In this document: positions 1 to 11,229 of the stretch, in pieces | Numbering within the stretch: position 1 is the stretch's first letter | Layout: each line of letters opens with the position of its first letter | Assembly: GCA_004431415.1 (NCBI GenBank) | Contig: QPMI01000497.1 | Span: 1-30,723 of the forward strand | DNA from: Cyanophora paradoxa CCMP329 | Lineage: Eukaryota > Plantae > Glaucophyta | Direction: 5' to 3' | DNA length: 30,723 bases | Made by a program: the position numbers and the translations under genes | Notes under the pieces: model-generated | The model's database searches: none | What the model was told of the DNA's origin: nothing | The model's input: the letters and a program-made list of their open reading frames with translations, nothing else

Positions 1-372
1 ACTGATGGAATCTTTACTGGAACTCGAGTAAACGTATTATATCTTCATTTGAGCCTGAAAATGACCAGGGACAGTGTTTTGTTTGTGAGAGTAAAGGAGC
101 TGGGTGATCTGGTGCAATGTGGGATGGCTCCTCTGACTGGTTACTTCCATAAAATAGTGGTCCCTGACAAAGATTATGGTGAGCATGTAGTTTACAATTC
201 GACAGAGGCTCATCCACTTTACAAATACTATAATAAGAAGGTTGGATTATCCACTTTCTCGGTTGATATTGTGAATGCTGTAATGAACCAATTGATTTGA
301 GGGTCAAACCTGTTCATCTTACCTTTGAAAATTCGCTATGGTGATGAGCCAGCTGGGGGACCCAGTTTATGA
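1..372 (+). pseudogene. Minor capsid (penton)-like protein 2, C-terminal part (frameshifted; start lies outside the window; end approximate)
   Basis: VLFVRVKEL...FSVDIVNA / NEPIDLRVKPVHLTFE resembles the penton C-terminal motif and parallels LYMHIKEL...LTVEFKDYFGELIDMNGIDNSFQLEF at 29421-29710. Confidence 0.6.
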
Positions 373-489
373 ATACTATAAGATGAGAATGTCGCAGCTT
401 CACCCTTCCTATCCAGTTATTACAAACTTCGCATAAATTAAGGATCATTGGTAGATTTTTTATGTTGCAGTATAATAAAAGAGAATATA

Positions 490-1829
490 ATGGTATCACT
501 TCCACTCTTCAAAGACTTTCGCTGAAAGAAGCCCTAACAACCCCAGAGGAGGCGAAAGCCTTTTTCCTGGATAACTCCCTTATGCTTGGTCTCGAATCCA
601 AGTCTAAGCCAGTTCTTAGTTGTTGTGAATCCTATAATACTTCACAAATAATGTAGGAAATCGCATTTCCTTCAAGCTACTCGCTACAATTCTGTGGAAA
701 CTCGAACTTGCTTTGACCTTCCAGCTATCACTTTTGCTGGTGATACTGATCTAGTTCGCAATGGATCACTCGCCCAGTTGTGCTTTAGTTCAGCGACTTG
801 AATACCTATGGATCTTACACCTACCAATTCCATCTGATTTCCTTGCTCATTTCCCCCTGGTCTATTTTCGGAGGATCAACTACTAAAAAGAAACGATCAA
901 TGGCATGGTTCATGCATCCCTGCTCATGGAACAACCGACTTGGTGCTCATTTTCGTTGAAATTCCAGTGCCTGGCTAAATCACTACCTTCCCCTGGTGCT
1001 TTATCTGTGAAAGGTTGTTACTGTTTGGTTAAGGATGTTGAAAAGGCTATGTTGAAACATCCTATGGTGGTCGTGGTCTTACTGTTGCAGCAGCTGATGT
1101 AGATTATTCAAAAGATGATGGTCTTGGAACTGCCCCTGCTGAAACTGTTCTGGCAAATGTTGGTCAAAACATCACAGACTTTACTCTTGGTGCAACAACT
1201 CCTGAATTTCAATTACTTCTCCTCGCCTTTATATGCATGCTATTAATGTTTCTGATGAGCTTTTCGCTACTGTAATTGAAAAAGTTAAGACTACTGGCAT
1301 GGCTATTCCTCCCTTGATATTGGATTTGTTGATGCTATTGCTTTCCTGCTAAGGGCAATGCCCAACCCAATCGAATTAACCTCTCTCAAATCTCAGGTCT
1401 TGTATATGCTCTGCTTGTTTCAGTTCGTGATAATGCAACTGTTGACAAATCCAATGGCTCCACAGTGTTCTTAAGACCTATGCCAACTCCAAAGACATAA
1501 CATTTACAACTGAAATAAATGGTCAGCGACTTTTTGCCACTGAGCCAATTTCCCTACTCAAAGGTGCTGAGCTAATTGCTGATGCCTTCAAATGCTCTAA
1601 CATGGATAAGGTTGCTGATCGCTATGTCTTTCAGGATTGCCTTTCTGCCTTGATGGAGAAAAGGCGATTCGAAATATTGCCAGTCTGGTTATGTTGATTT
1701 AACAAATTCCTCCTCTTCATTCCTCACCCTCTACATGCCTTCAGAAAGGTAATCGATGTTAATGTTCGCGCTCTCATGCATAGCTTTATTATTGTCGACA
1801 AAGATGGTTTACGCAGAATTAATTTATAG
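490..1829 (+). pseudogene. Double-jelly-roll major capsid protein (multiple frameshifts)
   Basis: Joined frames give NRISFKL..CFDLPAITF..ALVQRLEY, a linker PRLYMHAINVSDELFATVIEKVKTTGMAIP, INLSQISGLVYALLVSVRD, EINGQRLF and the C-terminus VNVRALMHSFIIVDKDGLRRINL*. About 450 codons, located between a penton and the packaging ATPase. Confidence 0.72.
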
Positions 1830-1894
1830 ATTGTTACGATTTTCAGTCTCCCTGCATTATTTTTATATGTCTTTATTAAGAAAGATATACAACA

Positions 1895-2630
1895 ATGACT
1901 GATTTGGATGAATTTGTGCTGGTGAAATGATAGAACCACCATTTCGTGTATTGGCAATAGGAAAATCAGCAACTGGTAAATCAGAAGCTGTGAAGTATTG
2001 GTTAAAGCAATTACATGATGCCAAAAGATTGATGTTGTATTAGTTGTGAGTGGAACCAGCTTCAATCATTTCTGGGATAAAGTGGCAACACTGCAACTGG
2101 GAAAATGGGATGCCCCTTACATGCTAAATTGCTAGATGAGAGGCAAGAGAAAATAGAGAAAGGTGAACCTGTTAACCAATTGTGTGTGGTTTTAGATGAT
2201 TAATCGATAATGAGATAGTCGATCTCACAAGGGATAAATAATCGGATCTCTGTATTCCAGAGGTCGCCATTCGAAAATATCCATTATCTGCATCACACAA
2301 AGCTAAGAAAAGTCTCTTCGACTATTCGAGTAATTCGGATTATGCAATGTTTCTAAGTGCTGCAATCGCAAAGAACTGGAAGCCATAGAGGAAGAATACA
2401 ATATAATGCGAAATAAAGAGGATTTCTACAAGATGTTTGAAGAGTATGTTCATCCTATCAGTATATCATTTGGTCCTCTGCAAACTACTCAGTTAAATAC
2501 TATGTAGATAAAGCTGAGCTTGTGAAAGATTCCCATTTCCTCGCTTCCACAGGAAGCCAAAAAGAAAGAAGATGAACTGAAACCACCAGAGAAAGAGGAG
2601 CCCCAAAGAAGTGAAAAGCCAAGTCCATAG
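1895..2630 (+). pseudogene. A32/FtsK-HerA family DNA packaging ATPase (frameshifted)
   Basis: Walker A GKSATGKS at 1960, Walker B-like QLCVV(L)DD near 2180-2200, A32 motif LYSRGRHSKISIICITQ near 2250-2300, then TIR.NSDY. Confidence 0.9.
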
Positions 2631-2692
2631 CAATAAATTGATGCGATATAAACGCGGTTTATAAAATTATCTCTCATTCTAATAAAGATACA

Positions 2693-2979
2693 ATGCCTCC
2701 CAAACGAAAGATAGGGATCCCAGCTGGGGCTGTTGGCTATTCAGGTGGTGGAAACAATGGATCCATTAACACAGACCCACTGAAATTCAATGTATGAATG
2801 AAGTGAAGCCTCTCAACAACAAGAAGACCCCCTCAATGCTGCCTATGAGGAATCATTTGATGACAAAGCCCACAGCTTCAACCAGTGACCAACTCAACAT
2901 TTCACCTGAAGCCTCAAAGATGAAGGCTGTTGCTGAGGGAGCCAGGCGAATTATTGGTGCTGCTGATGATAAGGTTTAG
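2693..2979 (+). CDS. Hypothetical protein (MPPKRKIG..., frameshift near 2790); possibly continuous with the next ORF
   Basis: ATG at 2693 after AATAAAGATACA; joins ORF 2794-2979 by one frameshift. Confidence 0.4.
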
Positions 2980-2981
2980 GC

Positions 2982-3419
2982 TTGCAAGATCTATCACTGG
3001 CTCGCAAAGGTGAGGGTCTCAGTAAAGAATCAGACAAGGTAATCCAGTCTATGGCTGGTGAGTCACATATAAGACTGCTCCACTCAAATATTCATCGAAT
3101 TCCCAAGGCTCAATGGGATGAGATGACTGCTAAACTCAAAGATCTGGAAGCCAAATCAAGTGCCTTGGAGCAGTATGTTACTGAGAAGAAAGAGAGAGCC
3201 AAGCTAAAGGAGATGCTTCGAAAGGAAGTTTATAAAATGGGCATTACTGGTGTCCCAGATAAACAGTTTATTGCTAAGAAAGAGACCCAAATCGATGAGC
3301 AGGCAGTAGATGAAATGAAAACAAAGACCCAGAAGGGAACCATTGAACCTGGTGCCACTAAAGCTGAAGTAGAAAAGGGAGTAGCTCCCACAGTATATAA
3401 AAGACGAGTTTGGCTTTAA
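2982..3419 (+). CDS. Hypothetical basic coiled-coil protein
   Basis: 145-aa ORF rich in K/E, same strand as neighbours; no recognised motif. Confidence 0.55.
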   Translation: MQDLSLARKGEGLSKESDKVIQSMAGESHIRLLHSNIHRIPKAQWDEMTAKLKDLEAKSSALEQYVTEKKERAKLKEMLRKEVYKMGITGVPDKQFIAKKETQIDEQAVDEMKTKTQKGTIEPGATKAEVEKGVAPTVYKRRVWL

Positions 3420-3440
3420 TATCTCTGTTTTATTAGAGAC

Positions 3441-3710
3441 ATGGATATAATACGAAAGTTTTTCGAGATGTTCAGTCTGCATGTGGTGAGCAATTGCCAC
3501 AGTGGATGCTGTGAGACAAGAGTGGAGTTTGAGATGTCAGATACTGAGGATAATGCCTCAGAAGCAAGAGAGAGAAGGAGGTCTACGATTTCTGTGGAGT
3601 CAATGCCAGCAGACCCCACAGAGTATCATATGAGCAACAGGAGTATCCAAGGAGAAGTTCTCTGCAGCAGAAAACGTTTTCTCTGGGAATATAATGGAGG
3701 ACACTATTAG
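3441..3710 (+). CDS. Hypothetical protein
   Basis: 89-aa ORF in the co-oriented gene array. Confidence 0.4.
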   Translation: MDIIRKFFEMFSLHVVSNCHSGCCETRVEFEMSDTEDNASEARERRRSTISVESMPADPTEYHMSNRSIQGEVLCSRKRFLWEYNGGHY

Positions 3711-3882
3711 TTTAATCGAGTTTACCAGTGATGAACCTGTTACTGAGGGTTCTATTAGACACATTCTAGCAATGCAGAAACGATATAGAGAGGACCAGCA
3801 TATAGAGAGTATAAAAAGCAGCAAGCCCTGGCATCCTATTATCGCAGAAAAGCCCAAAAAGAGGAGCAGAGACCAGAGGTAG
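3694..3882 (+). CDS. Hypothetical small protein
   Basis: 62-aa ORF in the co-oriented gene array. Confidence 0.4.
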   Translation: MEDTISLIEFTSDEPVTEGSIRHILAMQKRYREDQHIESIKSSKPWHPIIAEKPKKRSRDQR

Positions 3883-4086
3883 ACAATTAATATTATTTGC
3901 CTACTGAAAGTAGCAATGGACCCCAGGTCTATAAGATAATTGAGAAAAAGCGGTCTCAGTATGCCACTGAGGCAGCTATAAAAGTTTACAGACAGGAACT
4001 GGTGTTCGCAACAAAAAATGACTTAAGGAAAAAGTAGATAGATTGTATTGAGGAAAAATTATTTTCGTATCTACTATTAAAGAGAA

Positions 4087-4400
4087 ATGCCGAATATCCG
4101 CAAGATACTCACAGATGATGAAAAAGCAGAGAAGCTGAGACTGAAAAGGGAGCAAGATGCCCAAAGAAACGCGAAGCCTATCATAAAAAGAAGCAGGAAC
4201 GATTATCCAGGAGCCGCTACAGTTCACACACCAGAAGAACTCAAAAAGATTGCCTCAGACACCAGAGGAATACAGGGAAAATGAAGAATATCGCGAGCAA
4301 AAAAAGGCAAAAGCGCTGGAATATTACCACAAGAAGAAAGATGAACAGCCCAAGAAACCAAAGAGCATAAACCGGTTGGAAGACCTCGGAAATATATCGA
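4087..4400 (+). CDS. Small highly basic, putative DNA-binding protein (probably frameshifted; end approximate)
   Basis: Segments EKAEKLRLKREQDAQRNAK/AYHKKKQE and EEYREQKKAKALEYYHKKKDEQ in overlapping frames. Confidence 0.4.
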
Positions 4401-4622
4401 AGAATAAATTCTCGATCGAAACAAATTTTGTAGAAATCGATTTGATCGGAGGCAAAAAAATGACAGCTTTCTTCCTCTTTTTTAAAACTGTACCTATATA
4501 TCGAGACAGTATCCCGACCCAAAACTACTTAAGGACTTGGCAAATAATAGGATATATATAAAAGACAATTCCTCCTTCCGAATTATTTTCTTCGTTAAAG
4601 GTAGAAGTCCCCAAAATCGAAA

Positions 4623-7214
4623 ATGAACAAAATCGAGAAATTCGCCACCCTGTTGAAAATGCTACATTCCTTAGTACTCTCATTGGTGATCGCAACAAGG
4701 TCACCCATGTATTTGATTCCGCCGAAGATGCCCTTGAAGCTATTGATAATAGCAAGGTTAAGACCTGGGCTGAATGCATTCAACCTGAGCAAGTGACCAG
4801 AGTTTACCTGGACCTGGATAAATTCGCTGATTTGAAGGAGAACATTGCTGATAACTATGCTGAGGCGGAAACTGTTGTAAGAGAGATGAGAGATAAGCTA
4901 TGGAAGCGATCTGGGACCACTTCAATTAACGATATTGCTGTTGCAGTTCGCCATAGAAGGGTTTATTTGATCAAGGAGGATGTCACCAAGTTCAAGATCT
5001 CAGCCCACTTTATCATTAAGTCGCTTGCATGCAAACATGAAGATATCCCCAAGCTTTTCAAAGCGATGGGATTGGTGAAAAATGAGGATTATGACAGTGG
5101 AGTTTACAGCTCCACACAGAACCTAATCTGCCTCAATTGCTGCAAAGGTGAGACTCTGGATGCTCAAAATAAGTCGAAAAAAGATGTTGATAAAAACGTT
5201 TGCTTTAAGAAATTCGTTGACTGTGACAAAGTGTTAATGCGAAATGAGGACTTCTTTGTATCTTACTTCTCAGCTACTACTAAACTTGTGGATGAATCAA
5301 ATATTTCTGCATTTGCAAATTATACTCCTGAGCCAAAACCAGTTAAAAAGGAGCCAAAAAGTGATAAAGTGAAGACTGAGAAGGTAGAAGCTGAAAAAGA
5401 CACTGAACCCGAAAATCCTGTTACTTTCGAACTGCTACAAAGTGTTATAATGGGTCTCAATGCTGAAAGAGCCAGCGAGTATAAGACTTGGATTGATGTT
5501 GGACTGGTCATCATCAATGTTGGGGAAGACAACAAATTTACCCCTAAAATGCAGGCTGAACTCTTCCACCAATTCTCAGAACAGAGTGACAAGTATGATT
5601 ATGATGAATGCCAGGAAAAGTTTACACAGCTTCGCAGAAGCAAGAAGAAGGCTGAGCCTGGCAAAGTGTTGACCTTCAAATCCTTGGTTTATTGGTTGAG
5701 CAAAGATAACAATGAGCTTTTCAAGGAACTCTTCCCAAAAAGTATGCATTCCTACCAGAGGACACAGATGAAATCGATTACAAGACTGCAAGTATCCCTC
5801 CTTTGGCTGAACATTACAATGTGCATAAGAGGTATTTCAATGCTCGCATGCATCATGTTGAAAATGTTGGTTGTGTGATGCTCTGGGATGAACAACTACT
5901 TTGCTGGATGCCCAAAGACATTGGAAAACTGTCTACAAAGCATTTCCCCCACTTGATGCATAAGGTGATTGTGAATGAGGGGACAGATAATGAGAAAGAG
6001 AAATGGGAGCAATCATTTAGGAAATGGATTGTGGATCCAACAGCCACAAGATCAACTTACATGGATTTCCTCCCACCTCCTGCTACTCTCAGTGCAAAAT
6101 GCAAGTCTGTATTTAATCTCTATCCAGGAATGAAGGTCGACCATCAGCAATTCGAAAATGCTCCAGAGGATGTAACTGCTGAGATGATTAAGCCTTTCCT
6201 TGATCACTTGTTCTTAATGTCTGGTGAGGATCAAAATACCTATGAATATCTGTTGAAATGGTTTGCCCACATGCTGCAAAAGCCTGGGGAACTCAATGGA
6301 GTATCCTTAATCTTCATTGGTGAACAGGGAACTGGTAAGAATGTGTTGGTTGATACTTTCCAAAAGAAGATACTTGGAGATGCCTGAGTTATGCAACTGG
6401 TAAGCCAAAAGAGGATCTGTTTGGTCGATTTGCCCACAATAGAGAGGATAAGATCTTGATTGTTGTGAATGAAGCCTCAGGCAAGGACACATTCGAAAAT
6501 AATGATATGCTTAAAGATCTCATTACTTCTGATAAGATTGTTATTGAACACAAAGGGATAGATTCATACACAAAAAGCAACTTTGCCAGGATTATATTCA
6601 CCAGCAATAACAACATTCCAGTTAAAATTGAAGCTGGAGATAGGCGATTTGTGGTTGTTGAAGTTAGTAAGAAATTCGCAAAGGATAGGTCATACTTCCT
6701 TCCACTTGTAAAATGGCTTAATGATCACTGCAATATTCGAAACATTGCCCACTATTTGAGAACCAAAGTTGAATGTGAGGATGTGAACTGGATTGCTGAT
6801 AGACCCCTTACAAATAAATACTATTTAGCCCAGCAGGTGTGCGCTCCAATCATCCTTATGTTCACTAAGTGGCTTGTGGATCGAGGCTTAATTTCCGAGA
6901 ATAAATGCAAGTCTGGTAGCCTTGTGGAAACCTGGAAATGGTTCCAGGAGTTCATTACCAGCAATAAATATAAAAACGATTATAATAGTCGCAGATATTA
7001 TACAGAAATGCGAAGTGTTACATATATCCAAGTGAAAACTACAAATGGTAAACAATACTATCATTTCCTATTCCCACAAGTATTTGAGGAATTCAGAAAG
7101 ATGAAGCTTGTAGATGATGAGACCATTGAGGAAGAAGCTAATCCAAGGATGAAACAAGAACTACCTGCTGCTGATCCTGATGCATCAGATTATGACTCTG
7201 ATGTTGAAGTTTAG
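4623..7214 (+). CDS. AEP primase - PriCT-2 - SF3 (D5/NrS-1-like) helicase fusion, with frameshifts near 4650, 5760-5800 and 6385
   Basis: AEP motifs RVYLDLD, KISAH, DSGVYSSTQNL. PriCT-2 YKTWIDVG..LFHQFSEQSDKYD. Walker A GEQGTGKN, Walker B IVVNE, motif C IIFTSNN, arginine finger DRRF. Confidence 0.9.
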
Positions 7215-7224
7215 GTTTACTCAA

Positions 7225-7406
7225 AAGTGGACTCACAGTTGACTCAAATTTATCATAAAAGACCCAAACAGTCTTTTATTTATGGTTTATTTATCGATTA
7301 GGTTGACTAAGTGGGGGGAGTTGACTCATTTTTTCACAGATTCTAAAAGAGGACTCTGCCCTAAAAAGAAATAAAAAGTGCCTCAACTCCACCCACTAAG
7401 TCAACC
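7225..7406. repeat. Palindromic iteron-like cassette directly downstream of the helicase gene
   Basis: AAGTGGACTCA..GTTGACTCA, then GGTTGACTAAGTGGGGGGAGTTGA (7301) facing TCAACTCCACCCACTAAGTCAACC (to 7406). Same layout and similar spacing as the cassettes at 13295 and 13686. Confidence 0.85.
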
Positions 7407-7457
7407 AAAAAATGATTTAAGAGATAGAAAAATATATTTATATGTAAGTAGTAAGAA

Positions 7458-7862
7458 ATGGCTGGAACAGATCATGATTCTGGATCGATCTATATGATTG
7501 AGAGTGAAGAATTGAATAAAGTTTATATAGGGAGAACCTCACAAAAACTACATATCCGATGGAAACAACACAAATCAGGTCAAATGCCATCAACAGCAGA
7601 CCTATGCAAGGCTTCTGATGTGAGGTTTTCAGTCCTTTATTCAACTAAGAAGGGTGGGCATGAAGACCTTATGAACAGAGAAGCATATTACATGTATCTC
7701 TTTGAACCTTGGATAGTCAATCTACAAAAACCGAAATCTCGATTTAGGATTAATAGGTTTTGCGATTTCATTCAGAGGAAGCCAATGGATCCATTAAAAC
7801 ATTTTAAATTGCGTTTAGAACATCCTAAAATAAAATATCCCCTTAGAATAGGAACAAGTTAG
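7458..7862 (+). CDS. GIY-YIG endonuclease
   Basis: GSIYMIESEELNKVYIGRTSQKLHIRWKQH...REAYY...VN. Confidence 0.88.
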   Translation: MAGTDHDSGSIYMIESEELNKVYIGRTSQKLHIRWKQHKSGQMPSTADLCKASDVRFSVLYSTKKGGHEDLMNREAYYMYLFEPWIVNLQKPKSRFRINRFCDFIQRKPMDPLKHFKLRLEHPKIKYPLRIGTS

Positions 7863-7867
7863 GAATA

Positions 7868-10800
7868 ATGCCCCGAATTACCAACAAACTCATAAGGGAG
7901 AAGAAATGGGAACTCATGGGATTGCTGGGAACACTATATGCAGCCCATGAAATTACAGAGGCTGAATATGACCGGGAAATAGATTTAATTGCAAAGGGTA
8001 GACCCACTTTAGCCAGATTAACCAGAAAAGCAAATAACCTATATGATAAAATTGAAACCTTGGATGAACTGGATCGCCTAAGGCAAATAGAACCTGAGGC
8101 AGAAGATGGAACAGCCATGAATGAATTATATCGCTGGCTCACTTACAGAGCCAGAAGGGAAGTTGTTGTAGATGTGATTGAATTCCTGGACAGAATTGCT
8201 ACATCCCTTCCAAATCGATTAAAGCAGGGTTTAGATCAATTCAGGGCAATCAAGGTTCGCTTGTCTTTTATCTGCAAGTTCGTAAAAGTGAGCAATCCAC
8301 AGGTTTGGATATCGAAATACATTTACAGTGATTACTTTGTATTAACCAGGTCGAGAAATATTCGAACTGAGCTGAATAAAGCAGCCCAAATGTGTCAGGA
8401 GCAGATGAATGTGGTTGATAGCTATCGCTTAGAAAGAATTGAAATACTCAGAGTGGCTATTATGAGTTATGCTCCAACTGGTGGTTGCTTTCTACAAACC
8501 CCAGAGTGGATTGCTAGGAAGAGAGCCACAGTGAATATTCGAAATATTGATGATTCCTGCTTCGAAAATGCGATTTTAGCCTCGATTTACAGAAAATCTA
8601 TTAACTCCCATAAGAGGAATGAGCTTTCACAATATCGCAAATGGAAATACTCAGCAATCGCTTACAATCCTCTTGCTCTGAATTTCGATAACATCCCATT
8701 CCCTGTTGCCTGTGATGCTGAGATTATTGATAAATTCGAGGCTCAAAATGCAGGCATTAGCATTAATATATTCGGAATCGATGGAGAGGTTGTTTATCCC
8801 CTGCATCAATCCAGTAACCCAGGCAGAAAGCATAAGGTTAATCTCATGCTGATATTTGATGATGAAGGGAATGGTCATTATATTACAATCATGTCCCTTT
8901 CAAGATTATTGAAAGTAAACCATGAAACATACAATGATCAGAAGTTACACTACTGTGACACATGCTTATCTCGATTCAGGTCTGAGGCTAAACTCACTGC
9001 TCATGTGGACTCAAATAGATGCATTGACTGGAGACTCTCAAAGGGAATCACCCCTAAACCTGAGACCACCATAGAGTTTGGACTGAAAAACCTCAGGAAA
9101 ACTGTTTGGCTTCCTGTTGTGGTCTACTGCAAGATTGAACATAGAAGCATCCCCATTGATGCATCGAAATCCAAGAGGGAAGTTTCAGCAGTCAACCTTA
9201 GAGTAGTCACTGGGGAAGATGTTCAAGATTTTCGATTTGAGGGGCAGGATCCAATGGGAGGTCTCTTTGAATGCTTGGAGTCCAAAGCTAGAGAACTAAT
9301 CGATTTCCTGTTCACCAATATTCCAATGAATGAACTCACAGATGAGCAAAAGGCTATTTACAGGGCTACTAAAAACTGTTACCTTTGCAGTGAGAGGTTC
9401 ACTAAAGAAAATTTCAAATGCAGAGATCATGACCACCACACAGGTCATTACATTGCTCCTGCATGCAGAAACTGCAATCTCCATAGGAGAATCTCAAAGC
9501 AAACCAAAGTTGCAGTTGTTGTTGACCAAATGGATGACTGTGGGACATTCATTTTCAGAAAAATAGCAGGTTTGGGTGATAAAAAGCGAATCGAAATCCT
9601 TTCGAAAAACTTTGATCAATACCTTTCATTGCAATGGGGTCTTTACAAGTTCATTGATGCAAGCAATTTCATGGATTTCGGAGCTGCTGATGTGACTGAG
9701 TTAATGAACAAATTCCAAGCCTTCAGAAGGCTTTCACACTCAGTATATGGACTTGACCCAGTTCATTATGTATCTGCACCTGGGCTATCTTGGGATGCTA
9801 TGCTTAGGACCACCAAGGCAAAAATAGAACTCATCAGTGATGTAGAGCAATACGAATTTGTTGAGAGGGGAATCAGGGGTGGCTTTGCAACAATGCCCTG
9901 TAGGTATGCTGAGGCAGATGGTGAGAACTCCCATATAATGCTGTTTGATGCTAACAACTTGTATGGCTACTGTTTGAGTCAGCCAATCCCAGTTGGTGAT
10001 TTTAGATGGGAGACCGAATTCAACCCACAAGATAACAGATCCAGTTTCCTAGAAGTTGATCTGGATTACCCAATTAGGCTGTTTCTAGATCACAGTGATT
10101 TCCCCTAATTATTAACAAGAAAATAGTAGAATATGCCGAATTATCACAATATCAAAAGAGCCTATTAGATCTTTCAGGAGAAGAGCTTGATAAGACCCTA
10201 AGCTAACTGCAACCTTTGGTTCTGTGACAAACTATGTGATTTCTGAGCCTCTCCTACAGTATCTGTTGGACAAAGGGGTGAAATTAAAGAAGGTTCACAG
10301 GGTCCTATCATTTACTGTGGCTCCTGTCATGAAACCCTATATTGAGCTGAACACTGAGATGAGAAGGAAAGCAGTGAATAAATTCGAGGCTGATTTCTAT
10401 AAGCTCATGAATAACTCAATCTATGGGAAATGCATTGAATCTTGCAGAGGTAGATCTGTGGTTAAGATTGCAAACAGTGAGAAACTGTTTATGAAATATG
10501 CAGCCTCTCCATTGGTGAAATCAACAAGCCCCATAAACGAAAGAGCAGTTGCCTTTGAGTTTTACACAAAACATGTGAAGCTAGATAAGCCTGTTGCTAT
10601 TGGGGCTTATGTTTTGGATGCAGCCAAACTGCATAATTACCAGTTCTTCTATGATACTGTGAGGTCCCAATGGTCAAAAGCAAAGTTGCTATTCCATGAT
10701 ACTGATTCCTTCTGTCTATATATTGAATCTCACACCCTCCAAAAGGACCTGGGGAATATCTCTTATGCATTGGACCTTGGAGGTGATTCAAGAATGACCC

Positions 10801-11110
10801 AGGTAAATACAAAAATGAAATGCCAGGTTCTGCTATATTAGAATATGTGGGTCTGAGAGCCAAAGTTTACAGTTTCAGAACTGCTGAGATTGAGAGAAGT
10901 AAGCTCTCTGGGACTTCCACTGAGGAACTCCAATTTAATGATTTTAAGCAGTGTTTATTTGCAGGTATCAGCAAGACTGTGACTGCAAAGCAGAAAAGAA
11001 GGGCAGATCACACAATAGTAGACACTGTGAGTAGAAGGGTTGCCCTGAACTGCTTTGATGCAAAGAGATACATCTTACCAGATGGTATTAATTCTGTTCC
11101 TTTTAATTAA
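7868..11110 (+). CDS. Protein-primed family B DNA polymerase (Polinton type), frameshifts near 10105, 10198 and 10790
   Basis: Endonuclease VII-like Zn insert CYLC..RDHDHHTG..ACRNCN, YGLDPVHY..PGLSWDAML, GIRGG, motif A DANNLYG, motif B KLMNNSIYGK, motif C HDTDS, GLRAKVYS, C-terminal DAKRYILPDGINSVPF. Confidence 0.95.
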
Positions 11111-11229
11111 GAGATGCAGCAACTGGAAGAATAGTTAGGAGAACCACTGAGCAACTGCAAGGTAACCTACTGCCTATCACAATTCCAAAGGAGGAAAAGG
11201 GGGAATCTCGAATTGTTAAAAAGTCTGAA

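Noticed and set aside
6385-6387. Stop-codon recoding or alternative genetic code
   Set aside because: The protein continues in another frame (SYATGKPKEDLFGRF), so this and similar stops come from frameshifts.
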